From: Minisyncoccota bacterium
GTDB taxonomy: Bacteria; Patescibacteriota; Minisyncoccia; Phycocordibacterales; UBA9973
Assembly (NCBI GenBank): GCA_041664605.1
Contig: JBAYKO010000003.1
Location: 6,858 to 70,857, forward strand
Direction of reading: 5' to 3'
Length of the DNA stretch: 64,000 nt
The notes beneath the pieces were generated by a model that was not told where the DNA came from, did no database searches, and saw only the letters and a program-made list of their open reading frames with translations. A program made the translations under genes and the position numbers. Below, piece by piece: positions 28,537-39,988 of the stretch (positions within the stretch are counted from its first letter, which is position 1; the number at the start of each line of letters is the position of its first letter).

Positions 28537-28584
28537 AATATGACATTCCAACTCCGACCATAGTCGGAGTTGGAATGTCATATT
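28537..28584. repeat. 48-bp palindrome with CTCCGAC-N4-GTCGGAG core
   Basis: aatatgacattccaactccgac-cata-gtcggagttggaatgtcatatt; related cores at 28155-28172 and 35113-35130. Confidence 0.8.
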
Positions 28585-30737
28585 TATTTTTTATTTTTAT
28601 TTGAAAATTTATCTTTCAATATTAGAATTTCATCCCTTAATATCGCAGCTGTCTCAAAATCTAATTCTTTAACAACTTTATTCATTTCTTTTTCTTTCAT
28701 CTTGATTATTTTTTCATAAATTAAATCATTCCATTCAGCATCAGATAAAAGAGACTTGGTTTTAGTCTTTTCTTTTTTTAAAGTTTTTCTAAATAATTCT
28801 ATATCGAGCCCTAGTTCTGTTTTTATCGCTTTGTCATGTTTATCTTCTAGTTCTTCGGTAATATCGTGAATATTTTTAATAATAGTTTTTGGGGTAATTT
28901 TATGTTTTTTATTATAAGCAATTTGTATTTCTCTTCTTCTGTTTGTTTCTGAAATTGCTCGCTCCATTGATCCGGTAATATGATCAGCATACAGAATTAC
29001 TCTACCTAATACATTTCTGGCAGCACGGCCAATAGTCTGGATCAAAGAAACTTCAGATCTTAAAAATCCTTCTTTATCAGCATCTAAAATTCCAATAAAA
29101 GAAACTTCTGGTAAATCCAAGCCCTCCCTTAACAGGTTAACTCCAACCAAACAATCAAACTCCCCTCTTCTGAAACTAGTTAAGATTTTTATTCTATCTA
29201 TGGTTTTTACATCGCTGTGTAAATATTCTGATTTTATATTTTGTTCTTTAAGATAAATACTTAAATCTTCCGCCATTTTTTTGGTCAAAGTTGTTGCAAG
29301 CACTCTACCGCCATTTTTAATTTCTTTTAAGGTTTCCTTTATAAAATCTTGCACTTGTCCGGGGTATGGGCTCCTCAAGGTCTTACCTTTCCCGTCGCTT
29401 CGCTCCTCCTCAAGGAAAGACCTTTTCCCGCCCGCAGAAACTGGTCTTACTTCAAGTTCTGGATCAATAAGCCCAGTTGGTCTAATTATTTGCTCAACTA
29501 CTTGATCACTTTTTTCTCTTTCAAATAAAGAAGGGGTGGCTGTTGTATAAACAACCTGCCCAACCCTTTCTTCAAATTCAGAAAATTTTAAAGGGCGATT
29601 GTCTTTTGCTGATGGCAACCTAAAACCAAATTCTACTAATGTCTTTTTTCTTGAAGCATCACCTGCATACATCCCTTGAAGCTGGGGCAAAGTAACATGA
29701 GATTCATCTATAATAGTAAGAAAATCAGCTTCGCCATTTACTTTATGTGGAAAATATGAAAGCAAAGTTTCTGGTGGTTCTCCGGCTTTTTTGCCGGATA
29801 AATGTCTTGAGTAATTTTCAATTCCACTACAATATCCCATTTCTTTTATCATCGCCAAATCATAGTTGGTTCTTCTTTTTAATCTTTCAGCCTCAAGAAG
29901 TTTTCCTTCTTTTTCAAATTTTTTTAATTGTTCAGATAATTCTTTTTTAATTACCTTAACCGCCATGTCCCTCTCAGCTTTATTAGTCATAAAATGCTTT
30001 GCCGGAAACAAAGACACATTTTCTAAAGTTTCTAATATTTCAGATGTTACTGGGTCAATTTTAAAAATTTTATCTATTAAATTATTTTCAATTGAAATAC
30101 TTATTATATAGGTTTCGGAAATTGGCATTATTTCAATTTTATTTCCTATTACCCTAAACTGCCCTGAAGACAAGTCGGCATTTGTTCTTTCAAAATGTAG
30201 ATTAATTAAACGCTTCAAAAAATCATTTCTGGAAATTTTATCCCCTCTTTTAAATTGAATATTTTCTTCTTTATATTGTTCTGGAGATCCAAGACCATAA
30301 ATGCAAGAAACAGAAGCGACAATAATCACATCATTTCTTGAAAGAAGTGATTGAGTAGAAGCATGGCGAAGTCTATCTATTTCTTTATTTATTTGTGCAT
30401 CCTTTTCAATGTAAGTGTCTGTGATTGGTAAATATGCTTCTGGTTGATAATAATCATAATAAGATACAAAATAGTGCACGGCATTTTCTGGAAAAAATTG
30501 CTTATATTCTTGAGCAAGCTGAGCGGCTAGAGTTTTATTGTGAGCGATAACTAAAGTTGGTTTTTGTAGTTTTTCTATAACATTTGCCATGGTAAAAGTT
30601 TTTCCCGAACCCGTAACACCAAGAAGAGTTTGTTTTTTAAACCCTTTTTTAATTCCTTTATTTAAATCCTCTATTGCCTTCGGCTGGTCGCCCGCCGGAG
30701 AATATGGACTCTTTAATTTGAATTTATTTTGAGACAT
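28584..30737 (-). CDS. uvrB: excinuclease ABC subunit B
   Basis: PAGDQP, GVTGSGKT, YYDYYQPEAY, DESH, NLLREGLDLPEV, QTIGRAARN, C-terminal UVR. Confidence 0.98.
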   Translation of the reverse strand: MSQNKFKLKSPYSPAGDQPKAIEDLNKGIKKGFKKQTLLGVTGSGKTFTMANVIEKLQKPTLVIAHNKTLAAQLAQEYKQFFPENAVHYFVSYYDYYQPEAYLPITDTYIEKDAQINKEIDRLRHASTQSLLSRNDVIIVASVSCIYGLGSPEQYKEENIQFKRGDKISRNDFLKRLINLHFERTNADLSSGQFRVIGNKIEIMPISETYIISISIENNLIDKIFKIDPVTSEILETLENVSLFPAKHFMTNKAERDMAVKVIKKELSEQLKKFEKEGKLLEAERLKRRTNYDLAMIKEMGYCSGIENYSRHLSGKKAGEPPETLLSYFPHKVNGEADFLTIIDESHVTLPQLQGMYAGDASRKKTLVEFGFRLPSAKDNRPLKFSEFEERVGQVVYTTATPSLFEREKSDQVVEQIIRPTGLIDPELEVRPVSAGGKRSFLEEERSDGKGKTLRSPYPGQVQDFIKETLKEIKNGGRVLATTLTKKMAEDLSIYLKEQNIKSEYLHSDVKTIDRIKILTSFRRGEFDCLVGVNLLREGLDLPEVSFIGILDADKEGFLRSEVSLIQTIGRAARNVLGRVILYADHITGSMERAISETNRRREIQIAYNKKHKITPKTIIKNIHDITEELEDKHDKAIKTELGLDIELFRKTLKKEKTKTKSLLSDAEWNDLIYEKIIKMKEKEMNKVVKELDFETAAILRDEILILKDKFSNKNKK

Positions 30738-30813
30738 AATTAGAAAATTATATTACCACTTCTCGCCCCGTAGTCAAAAATTTGTGTGTTTAGACAAATT
30801 TTTGTACTTCTGG

Positions 30814-30859
30814 GGTCGCCCGCTGGAGAATAAGGACTCTTTAATTCAAACTTATTCAT
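30814..30859 (-). pseudogene. displaced second copy of the uvrB 5' end (15 codons)
   Basis: MNKFELKSPYSPAGD versus uvrB MSQNKFKLKSPYSPAGD; homology stops at palindrome 30766-30815. Confidence 0.75.
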
Positions 30860-30917
30860 CAAATTAAATATTATAGGTAAATCAATAAAAAGAAAAGGGA
30901 GCCATAGCTCCCTTTTT

Positions 30918-31340
30918 CTAATTGTTCGTAATTTCTTTTATTACGTTTTTTTCTATTTTTCTTGCCATTTTCCGATAGGAAACTTTTCCTCCTGATTGAT
31001 TAATGGAATAAATTTCCCCTGGTTCAAAAACTCCCTCAAATAATTCAGGTATTTTTTTATCTTCCGGAATTTTATCTTGGTTGTTGATCAAGACTGGTTT
31101 CATTATGGAACAATTTTCCTTTGGGTCACAAGATAAACAAAAAAATGATTTAAAAGTATCACCTTCGTGAAAAGCACGGGGTCTTGAATACTTCCTTGAG
31201 TCGAATTTTTTCTTAGCTTTTTTATAGCCTATATAATAGGCAAATACACAAAAAATAATTGCAAATACTAGCCATGAAAGGTCAGGTGGCTCATGTTTTC
31301 CTCCATTAAAAGAGGAAATTCTCATAAATACATTTATCAT
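30918..31340 (-). CDS. single-TM ORFan (start reassigned from 31400)
   Basis: Promoter TTGCTT(31400)-16-TATTAT-5-CAGATT lies inside the longer ORF; in-frame ATG at 31340; terminator 30893-30917. Confidence 0.6.
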   Translation of the reverse strand: MINVFMRISSFNGGKHEPPDLSWLVFAIIFCVFAYYIGYKKAKKKFDSRKYSRPRAFHEGDTFKSFFCLSCDPKENCSIMKPVLINNQDKIPEDKKIPELFEGVFEPGEIYSINQSGGKVSYRKMARKIEKNVIKEITNN

Positions 31341-31415
31341 ATTGTTAAAGTTTACAGAACAAATCTGCAGTAATAATACTACAGTTTTAAAAATAAGCAA
31401 TTAGGATATATATTT

Positions 31416-32657
<1,242 letters not shown>

Positions 32658-32665
32658 CTATAGTT

Positions 32666-33184
32666 TTATGTATTAGAAATTATTTTATCGACAATGGAAT
32701 CAATCAAGTCATTTGAGTTTATCACAATAGCTTTTTTATTAATTAAATCGTTTTCAAATTTTTTTCTAAAGCTTTTAATATATTCTTTTTCTGAATTATT
32801 TTTACCAAAATCATTATCCTTTCTATTATCAATTCTTCTAAAAAGTTCAGCTTCATCACATTGAAGTAAGAAGATTTTATCAAAAAGATTTAAAAATTCA
32901 TTTTGATTTTCTGCTATACCAACAACAAAAAAATTATTCTTGTCATCAGAATTTATTAGAAATTTTAATTTTTCTATATCACAATACCAACCATTTGTAT
33001 TTAGAAAGTCTAATCCTGTTCCATATCCTGAAAAAGAATCTTTTCTGGTTTTTTTATTCTTCCAATGACATAACTTAATATTCTCATCATCCAGGTCTAT
33101 AACATTTAGTCCCTTTTGTTTTAGTTTGAGTGAAATTGCAGTCTTTCCTGTCCCAGATATACCTGTTATATAAAATTTTTTCAT
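32666..33184 (-). CDS. P-loop nucleotide kinase-like protein
   Basis: ITGISGTGKT, IDLD, R..R..NDFGK lid. Confidence 0.75.
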   Translation of the reverse strand: MKKFYITGISGTGKTAISLKLKQKGLNVIDLDDENIKLCHWKNKKTRKDSFSGYGTGLDFLNTNGWYCDIEKLKFLINSDDKNNFFVVGIAENQNEFLNLFDKIFLLQCDEAELFRRIDNRKDNDFGKNNSEKEYIKSFRKKFENDLINKKAIVINSNDLIDSIVDKIISNT

Positions 33185-33188
33185 AAAC

Positions 33189-33974
33189 TTATTTTAAAAC
33201 TTCTACAAATTTTAGCTCTTGAATATTTACAGGACTCTTTAATAGAATCTTTTGCGATGGGTCACGAGGATCAGAAATAACTTCTTCAACAGTGCCTATA
33301 ATATATAACGAAAGTGAAGGAGCAACAACTTCAGTCCCTTTTTCAAGTTGGATTTCGTGTAAAATATCGATTTCAAAATTTCCACCACCGAGCCCTATAG
33401 CATCAACATATAAATCTTTTCCTTTTACTAAAACTGGAATTTTTTCTCCTGGAGAGGAATACATTTTTACAACTGAAGAATTTTTGTAAACTTCGGAAAT
33501 CTCTCCTATTAAAACATTGCCATAAGCAAACACTCTTTCCCCTTTTAAAATTCCAGAACTTTCCCCTATGTCGATTACAAAAGTGTCATATAAAGATTTA
33601 TTTGGTTTTGTAAGAATTACCCCTAAAACTAAATTTGAACTTACTTTTCTATTTAAAATTTCTTTGAGTTTATCATTTTCTTCAGCTAAAATATTCCTAT
33701 CAAAAATTTTTATATTCCCTTCCTCTATTTGCTGTTTTAATGATTCGTTCTCTTTTAATAAACTTTTTTTTGAATCAAAAATAACTGACAGATGAGAAAT
33801 ATAATTCCTTAAAGAATTTCCACCAATCCATATTGGTCTTGTGAAGCTATGTGAAAAAAAAGAAAAACCACTTAAGGCACTAGAAAAAACTATTATTAAA
33901 AATAAAACCACGGCTATAACAAGGCCAATAATAGTTTTTTTATTTTTTATTCTTTTATCTTGGAGGTAGCTCAT
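33189..33974 (-). CDS. mreC: rod shape-determining protein MreC
   Basis: N-terminal TM, ENxxLK coiled coil, IDIG..GI..G beta domain; follows mreB. Confidence 0.9.
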   Translation of the reverse strand: MSYLQDKRIKNKKTIIGLVIAVVLFLIIVFSSALSGFSFFSHSFTRPIWIGGNSLRNYISHLSVIFDSKKSLLKENESLKQQIEEGNIKIFDRNILAEENDKLKEILNRKVSSNLVLGVILTKPNKSLYDTFVIDIGESSGILKGERVFAYGNVLIGEISEVYKNSSVVKMYSSPGEKIPVLVKGKDLYVDAIGLGGGNFEIDILHEIQLEKGTEVVAPSLSLYIIGTVEEVISDPRDPSQKILLKSPVNIQELKFVEVLK

Positions 33975-35001
33975 CTTGAAGGTTTACTAATAAATCTTTT
34001 AAATTTTCAAAGTCTTCAAGTATAACGCCCGTACCACGAGCAACAGCAGACAATGGATCATCTGCAACATAAACTGGGATTTTCAAAATATTCTGAAGGT
34101 AAATATCTAAGCCTTTGATTAGTGCCCCACCGCCCGTTAGAACAATTCCTCTGTGCATAATATCAGACAGTACTTCAGGTGGAGTGGTCTCTAGTACTTC
34201 TTTTATCCCGTCTACAAAATTTAACATCGATTGCCCTATTGCTTCCCTAACATCAGCGTCGGTAACAATAACACTTCTTGGAAGCCCTGTGACTAAATCT
34301 CTCCCCCTGATTTCTGCTTCCATAATAGTCCCGGGTATAACAGACCCGATTGCAATTTTTACATTCTCGGCTGTTTTTTCTCCTATTAAAAGTTTAAATT
34401 CATCACGCATATACGAAGAGATATCAGTATTTAATTTATCCCCTGCAATTTTTAAATTTTTCGATTTAACAATACCCCCGAGTGAAATAACCGCGATGTC
34501 AGTAGTTCCACCTCCTATATCAATAATCATTGAACCAATGGGGTCTTTAACTGGAAGTTTAATTCCAATCGCCGCTGCCATTGGTTCTTCAACAATATGA
34601 ACTTCTCTGGCCCCTGCATTTTTTGCCGCATCATAAACTGCTCTAATTTCAACATTCGTAATTCCAGATGGAACTCCGACAATCACTCTTGGTCGAAACA
34701 TTTTTTTAGACATCTTTTCGGTTTTATTTATCAAATAACTTAACATTTCTTCCGTAACTTCAAAATCAGAAATCACTCCGTCTACAAGTGGACGAATGGC
34801 TTTGATATGACCAGGAGTTCTACCAATCATTTGTTTTGCTTCCATTCCTACGGCGACAATCTGACCAGTCTTTTGGTTGATAGCAACAACAGATGGTTCG
34901 TTTATAACCACCCCTTGACCACCAAGATAAACAAGGGTACTTGCAGTACCTAAATCTATTCCTATATCGTTTGAAAATGATTTGTAGAATTTTTTGAACA
35001 T
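33955..35001 (-). CDS. mreB: rod shape-determining protein MreB
   Basis: IGIDLGTA, EPSVVA, EEPMAAAIG, DIGGGTT, LTGGGA. Confidence 0.97.
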   Translation of the reverse strand: MFKKFYKSFSNDIGIDLGTASTLVYLGGQGVVINEPSVVAINQKTGQIVAVGMEAKQMIGRTPGHIKAIRPLVDGVISDFEVTEEMLSYLINKTEKMSKKMFRPRVIVGVPSGITNVEIRAVYDAAKNAGAREVHIVEEPMAAAIGIKLPVKDPIGSMIIDIGGGTTDIAVISLGGIVKSKNLKIAGDKLNTDISSYMRDEFKLLIGEKTAENVKIAIGSVIPGTIMEAEIRGRDLVTGLPRSVIVTDADVREAIGQSMLNFVDGIKEVLETTPPEVLSDIMHRGIVLTGGGALIKGLDIYLQNILKIPVYVADDPLSAVARGTGVILEDFENLKDLLVNLQDELPPR

Positions 35002-35089
35002 GTAAAAACGCTAGCTATTAACAGCTTTATATTACTCTAATTTTGGGTCATGGTCAAAGATGGAAAATTGAGAATTTTTAAGCTCTTGA

Positions 35090-35165
35090 CCCCGTAGTGA
35101 ATTTTGGTGATACTCCAACCAAGGTCGGAGTGCATTAGTGTGCATTACCAAAATCTACTACGGGG
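35090..35165. repeat. nested palindrome CCCCGTAG...CTACGGGG abutting ORFan promoter 4
   Basis: Outer arms ccccgtagt/actacgggg enclose two inner hairpins; followed directly by TTGACA(35166)-17-TAACAT-6-CAGAAA. Confidence 0.7.
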
Positions 35166-35229
35166 TTGACAAATATTTGACATTATACTAACATACGGTT
35201 CAGAAATAGTAACTTTAAAAATTGGTTTT

Positions 35230-35988
35230 ATGGAAAATAAAAATGAAGATTCTTTTGAAACTCTTCAGAGAGCAATCGCTAATGACAGCAAAGAATACAT
35301 AGAAAAAATTAAATCCCAAATAAGGACAAACCGGGTTATCCGGTGGATCATCTTTATTATTGTATCTGGGATAGTTTTTTTTATATTCCTGCATACATGT
35401 TTCCCTATTGAGAATTCCAGTGATTTAACATTTGATAAAAATGTAACTAATTTAGTGGAATCTATTTTTTTATCTCTACTCATAGGCATTTTTTCCCTGA
35501 TCCTCACATTTAAATTGAGCAGTAATGTTTTCAAAACACATTCAAAATTAAAGGAGTGTGGACAGAAAAGTATGGCTGATGTGATAATCAATGCACTATA
35601 TCTATTCTGTCTTAATAAGATGAGGAACAAAGAAGAAGACATGGCTTATAAAATTGCCTCAATAATAAGGCAAAAAGTAAATGAGTACGTCAAACCTAAA
35701 TTCCTTATAAAGTTTAATAAAGAAAGCAAATTCGATTTATTCCTAGATTTTGATTGGAAAAGTTATAGTCAACCGTTTGAATTACGACTCCCTGATAGTA
35801 GTGAGAAATTTCTAATAAAAAGAATTTATTTTTATTCTGAAGAGAAGTACCTTACTCATTTTGGGTTTTACCCAATCAAGATAGAATTCTTTAAGAATGA
35901 AGGAGTTCAACATGGAATTCCCTTGAATCCAAAAGCTTTCGAAAAAGAATCTGAGATCATTCCTGTCTACCCAGATAAGATGATTTAA
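35230..35988 (+). CDS. two-TM ORFan membrane protein
   Basis: 252 aa ORF with own promoter and terminator (36011-36036). Confidence 0.7.
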   Translation: MENKNEDSFETLQRAIANDSKEYIEKIKSQIRTNRVIRWIIFIIVSGIVFFIFLHTCFPIENSSDLTFDKNVTNLVESIFLSLLIGIFSLILTFKLSSNVFKTHSKLKECGQKSMADVIINALYLFCLNKMRNKEEDMAYKIASIIRQKVNEYVKPKFLIKFNKESKFDLFLDFDWKSYSQPFELRLPDSSEKFLIKRIYFYSEEKYLTHFGFYPIKIEFFKNEGVQHGIPLNPKAFEKESEIIPVYPDKMI

Positions 35989-36039
35989 TGATTCAGTTGA
36001 TCTTTAATTTAAAAAACCGGCACACGCCGGTTTTTTGTT

Positions 36040-36127
36040 TATCCCCCTCACTATTTTAAAAGACTTTTTAAAATAGTGAGGGGGATTGACAGACAGTTTT
36101 AGATTTGTTATACTCTTTCCAGATAAA
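36040..36127 (+). promoter_or_regulatory. long palindrome fused to ORFan-cassette promoter 5
   Basis: atccccctcactattttaaaa...ttttaaaatagtgagggggat, then TTGACA(36086)-17-TATACT-5-CAGATA. Confidence 0.7.
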
Positions 36128-36159
36128 AATTGTTTTTAAAATTAACTAAATCTGAAATT

Positions 36160-36516
36160 ATGATAACAGCAGTTGAAGAGGCTTTTATGAAAAGCCTTAT
36201 TATGAAAAATTATCGTCGGAGAATGATGAGTTTTTATTTTTTTCTCATTATCATTGTTGTTTCTTTTTTAATGATCGTTATTTTTTGGCCTGAATCAAAA
36301 ATGACTATAACAGCGACAAGTTGGATCTTTATTTGCTCTGTTGTAACGTTCGTCTTGTCATCAATAATTTTTATTGCTGTATATTTTGACGAGGATGAAA
36401 ATTGCCCATGGATTATAGAAAATAAACAAATTACTACCCTTAGGGGAGTTATTGGAGAAAAGGGTAAATTTGAAGATCTAAAAGATTCTGAAAATTTGAA
36501 AGAATATTTTGTTTAG
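36160..36516 (+). CDS. two-TM ORFan, paralogue of 27751..28122 (start reassigned from 36130)
   Basis: MITAVEEAFM start matches paralogue MITLQETAFM; terminator 36533-36567. Confidence 0.75.
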   Translation: MITAVEEAFMKSLIMKNYRRRMMSFYFFLIIIVVSFLMIVIFWPESKMTITATSWIFICSVVTFVLSSIIFIAVYFDEDENCPWIIENKQITTLRGVIGEKGKFEDLKDSENLKEYFV

Positions 36517-36614
36517 GTCAGTTTATGATTTTAAAGAGCGTTTCGGTCACCGACCGAAACGCTCTTTCTTTTTATTTCTCATTATTTAAAAATTTTTTAC
36601 AAGGAACGACCTTT

Positions 36615-37883
36615 TTAAAGATTTAAGGTCGCACCTTTCAAAAAATTTAATAGCTCATCAACAGAAACTATTTTTGATTTTTCTTCATTTCTCTTTTTTA
36701 TTTCCACTCCTCCTGATTCAAGACTTTTTTTACTTATTATTATTCTATATGGTATTCCTATCAAATCTGCATCAGCAAATTTTTCACCCGCACTCAATTC
36801 TTTTCTATCATCATACAAAACTTCTATATTTTTTTCTTGTAAATTAGCGTAAATCTTTTCAGCTTCTTCTTTAATTTTCTCGTCTTCCCCTAAAGAAAGC
36901 AGATGAATCTTAAACGGAGCAACTGATTCTGGCCAAATAATTCCTTTGTCGTCTGACAAAGTTTCCACAATTGTTCCCATTAATCTTCCAAGTCCAATTC
37001 CATAACTACCCATAACCACTAATTTTTCTTCTCCATTTTCATCTTTATATTTCAAATCAAAAGGAGCTGAAAATTTCGTTCCAAGTGAGAAAATATTTCC
37101 AACTTCTATGGCTCTTTTTTCAATTAAAGATTCCTTGTTTAATCCGAGTTCTTTAATTGTTTCGTCATTATAAACTTCTTTATTTATAGCAATTCCTTTT
37201 TTCTCATCTAAATAAATACTATCTTCGCCCACATCTGATAGAGTCTGAAATTCATGAGAAAATTTAGAAAAACTTCCTCCCGAAGCAAAAGTTATATAAG
37301 TTAACCCACCAATACCCGTTCTTTTAAAAATATTTTTATAAGCAATTTTTGATTTTTCATAAAAATCATTATGTTCTTCTTCATCTTTTGAAAAAGAATA
37401 AAGTGCTTTCCAATAAAATTCTCTGCCTCTTAGAATTCCAGACTTGGTTCTTGTTTCATTTCTAAATATCTCTTTAAAATCATAAGGATAAACTGGTAAA
37501 TCTTTATACGAGCTTATGTACTGTTTTAATATATTTGAATAAGCTTCTTCGTTTGTAAAAGATAGGCCAACTTCGCCACCGTTTTTTAATTTTGTTTTAA
37601 ACCAAGTATCTACAACTTCATCATCCCACCTATTTGATTTTTCCCATATTTCTTTGTTTTGAAGAACAGTGGTCTTCATTTCAGTTCCTCCAATTTTATT
37701 CATCTCCTCACGGATAATATTTTCAATTTTTTTTATAACCATCAAACCCATAGGCAAAAAGGAGTAAACCCCCGCCATTTCTTTGTGAATAAAACCACCT
37801 CTAATCAAAAGTTCTGCATTTTTAGAAACCTCGTCTGCTGGGCTTTCTTTTTTGGTTTTAGTAAAAAGTTGTGATTGTTTCAT
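36615..37883 (-). CDS. proS: proline--tRNA ligase (short form, no editing domain)
   Basis: MKQSQLF, GVYSFLP, FRNETR..GILRGREF, IEVGNIF, MGSYGIG..R, GEKFADADLIG. Confidence 0.95.
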   Translation of the reverse strand: MKQSQLFTKTKKESPADEVSKNAELLIRGGFIHKEMAGVYSFLPMGLMVIKKIENIIREEMNKIGGTEMKTTVLQNKEIWEKSNRWDDEVVDTWFKTKLKNGGEVGLSFTNEEAYSNILKQYISSYKDLPVYPYDFKEIFRNETRTKSGILRGREFYWKALYSFSKDEEEHNDFYEKSKIAYKNIFKRTGIGGLTYITFASGGSFSKFSHEFQTLSDVGEDSIYLDEKKGIAINKEVYNDETIKELGLNKESLIEKRAIEVGNIFSLGTKFSAPFDLKYKDENGEEKLVVMGSYGIGLGRLMGTIVETLSDDKGIIWPESVAPFKIHLLSLGEDEKIKEEAEKIYANLQEKNIEVLYDDRKELSAGEKFADADLIGIPYRIIISKKSLESGGVEIKKRNEEKSKIVSVDELLNFLKGATLNL

Positions 37884-37998
37884 TAAGTTTATCTTACATT
37901 AAAAAGGTTTTTTGGTCAAAAATTAAGGAATTTAATATACAACGAAAATAGGCCTTAATTATTTGCAAAAATAGCCCTTTTTTGGTAGAATTTTGCCT

Positions 37999-38694
37999 AT
38001 GCAAAAAGAAACAAAAATTAATGAAATGTTTAAGGCTGGAGCTCATTTTGGCTATTCAAAGACAAGAAGACACCCATCAGTAGTTTCCTATATTCTTACA
38101 ACAAAAAACAAGACAGATATAGTAGATCTAGAAAAAAGTAACGAGCTTTTAGAAAAAGCAAAAGATTTTGTTAAAATTCTTTCCAAAGAAGGTAAACAAA
38201 TATTATTTTTAAGTGTTAAACCAGAAGCAAAAAAAATAATGAAAGATGCCGCGATGTCTATAAATATGCCATATGTAACAGAAAGGTGGGTTGGCGGAGT
38301 TTTAACTAACTTTTCTGAAATTAAAAAAAGGATCGCAAAACTAGAAGATCTTATGGATAAAAAAGAAAAAGGAGAACTTGATGTTTATACTAAAAAAGAA
38401 AGAAAACTTTTTAATGACCAGATACATAAAATGAATAAAGTATTTTCTGGTCTTATTGGTTTAAGAAAAGTTCCAGATGTAATATTTGCTATAGATTCTA
38501 AAAAAGAAAAAATTGCAGTTACAGAAGCTGAAAAAATGAAAATTCCAGTAATCAGTCTATCTAATACAGACTGTAATATGAAAGATTCTAGTTACCCTAT
38601 TATTGGAAACGATGCCTCAACATCAAGTATAAAGTTTTTTGTTGATGAAATTATTAAGGCATACAACGAGGGAGGGTTAACTTCAAAAGAATAA
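37999..38694 (+). CDS. rpsB: 30S ribosomal protein S2
   Basis: AGAHFG, RWVGGVLTNF, AVTEA..IPVI..TDC..PIIGND; ATG at 37999. Confidence 0.96.
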   Translation: MQKETKINEMFKAGAHFGYSKTRRHPSVVSYILTTKNKTDIVDLEKSNELLEKAKDFVKILSKEGKQILFLSVKPEAKKIMKDAAMSINMPYVTERWVGGVLTNFSEIKKRIAKLEDLMDKKEKGELDVYTKKERKLFNDQIHKMNKVFSGLIGLRKVPDVIFAIDSKKEKIAVTEAEKMKIPVISLSNTDCNMKDSSYPIIGNDASTSSIKFFVDEIIKAYNEGGLTSKE

Positions 38695-38826
38695 ATGATT
38701 AGTTCATAAAGTTTTTAAAGTCCATAAAGTTATAAAGTAAAGATTTAAAATTTAAAAATAATTTTTCTAGTTCCTAGTTCTTTGTTTTTCACTAAAACCT
38801 AACCACTAGAAACTAGAACCTAACCC

Positions 38827-39420
38827 ATGATTACAACAGAACAAATTAAAGAATTAAGAGACGCCACAGGTGTTTCTGTTATGCAATGTAAAAGAGCATT
38901 GGAAGAAGCAAATGGTGACAGAGAAAAAGCTCTTATGATTTTAAGGAAAAAGAGTTCAGAAATATCAGAAAAAAAGGCTGATAGAACCCTAAAAGCTGGG
39001 TTAATTCAATCATATTTACATAGTACTGGTAAAGTTGGTGTTTTAATTGAACTTCTTTGTGAGACAGATTTTGTGGCTAAAAATGAAGAATTCAAAAATT
39101 TGGCTTACGATATAGCTATGCATATAGCAGCACTTAACCCAGAATATATAAAAAGAGAAGATGTAAGCGAAGAAACATTAGCTCCAGTCAGAGAATTATT
39201 TAAAGAAGAGGTTGCTAAGATAGATAAACCAGAAGATATAAAAGAAAAAATGTTGCAAGGTAAAATTGACACTTATTTCAAAGAAAAGACTTTACTTGAC
39301 CAGCCTTTTATTAAAAACGGAGATCTAACAATTAAAGGTTTAATCGACGGGGCTGTCCAAAAAATTGGTGAGAAAATAGAAGTCGGAAGATTTGTTAGAT
39401 ATTCTCTTTTTGAACAATAA
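38827..39420 (+). CDS. tsf: elongation factor Ts (short form)
   Basis: IKELRDATG...CKRAL, ELLCETDFVA, MHIAA, LLDQPFIK. Confidence 0.96.
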   Translation: MITTEQIKELRDATGVSVMQCKRALEEANGDREKALMILRKKSSEISEKKADRTLKAGLIQSYLHSTGKVGVLIELLCETDFVAKNEEFKNLAYDIAMHIAALNPEYIKREDVSEETLAPVRELFKEEVAKIDKPEDIKEKMLQGKIDTYFKEKTLLDQPFIKNGDLTIKGLIDGAVQKIGEKIEVGRFVRYSLFEQ

Positions 39421-39422
39421 TC

Positions 39423-39980
39423 ATGTTTACTACAATCATTATATTTTCTATATTTCTAGTTGCCTTGTTTTCAATGCTTTATTTTAGAGCATGGAAAATA
39501 AGAGCGGGTTTTACATATGGAGAAGTTGGTGGTTGGCCTTGGGAAAACATAAACTTTGCATTAGTAAAACAAAATATGATAGACTACGCAAAGAAATATA
39601 CGCATTTAATAATCCTTTTGACATTAAAAATTTGGATAAAAACAACTTATTTCTTGCACAGAAAAACAAAACATGTTGGAGCTGGATTAAAAAAGATAAA
39701 AGAGAAGGTAAATATTTTTCCAGAAAATATATTATTGCCTGAGGAGGAAAAGAAAAATAAAAAAGGCCTCCCTGAATTTATAAAAAGAGTCAACGCTTAC
39801 AAAGAGAGACTTGGTAATATTTCAAAAAGGATGAAAGAAAAAGAGATAAAAAAAATTAAGGAAATTGAAAAGTCAAAATCTGAAGAAATAAAATTATTAG
39901 AAAATAAAAAAGAGGAATTTTTACCAAATCCCCTTTCAGTTCCAGAAATTGAAAAAGACACAGAAATAGAAAATTTATAA
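39423..39980 (+). CDS. hypothetical membrane protein
   Basis: N-terminal TM, Lys/Glu-rich tail; 2 nt after tsf. Confidence 0.65.
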   Translation: MFTTIIIFSIFLVALFSMLYFRAWKIRAGFTYGEVGGWPWENINFALVKQNMIDYAKKYTHLIILLTLKIWIKTTYFLHRKTKHVGAGLKKIKEKVNIFPENILLPEEEKKNKKGLPEFIKRVNAYKERLGNISKRMKEKEIKKIKEIEKSKSEEIKLLENKKEEFLPNPLSVPEIEKDTEIENL

Positions 39981-39988
39981 AAAATATT

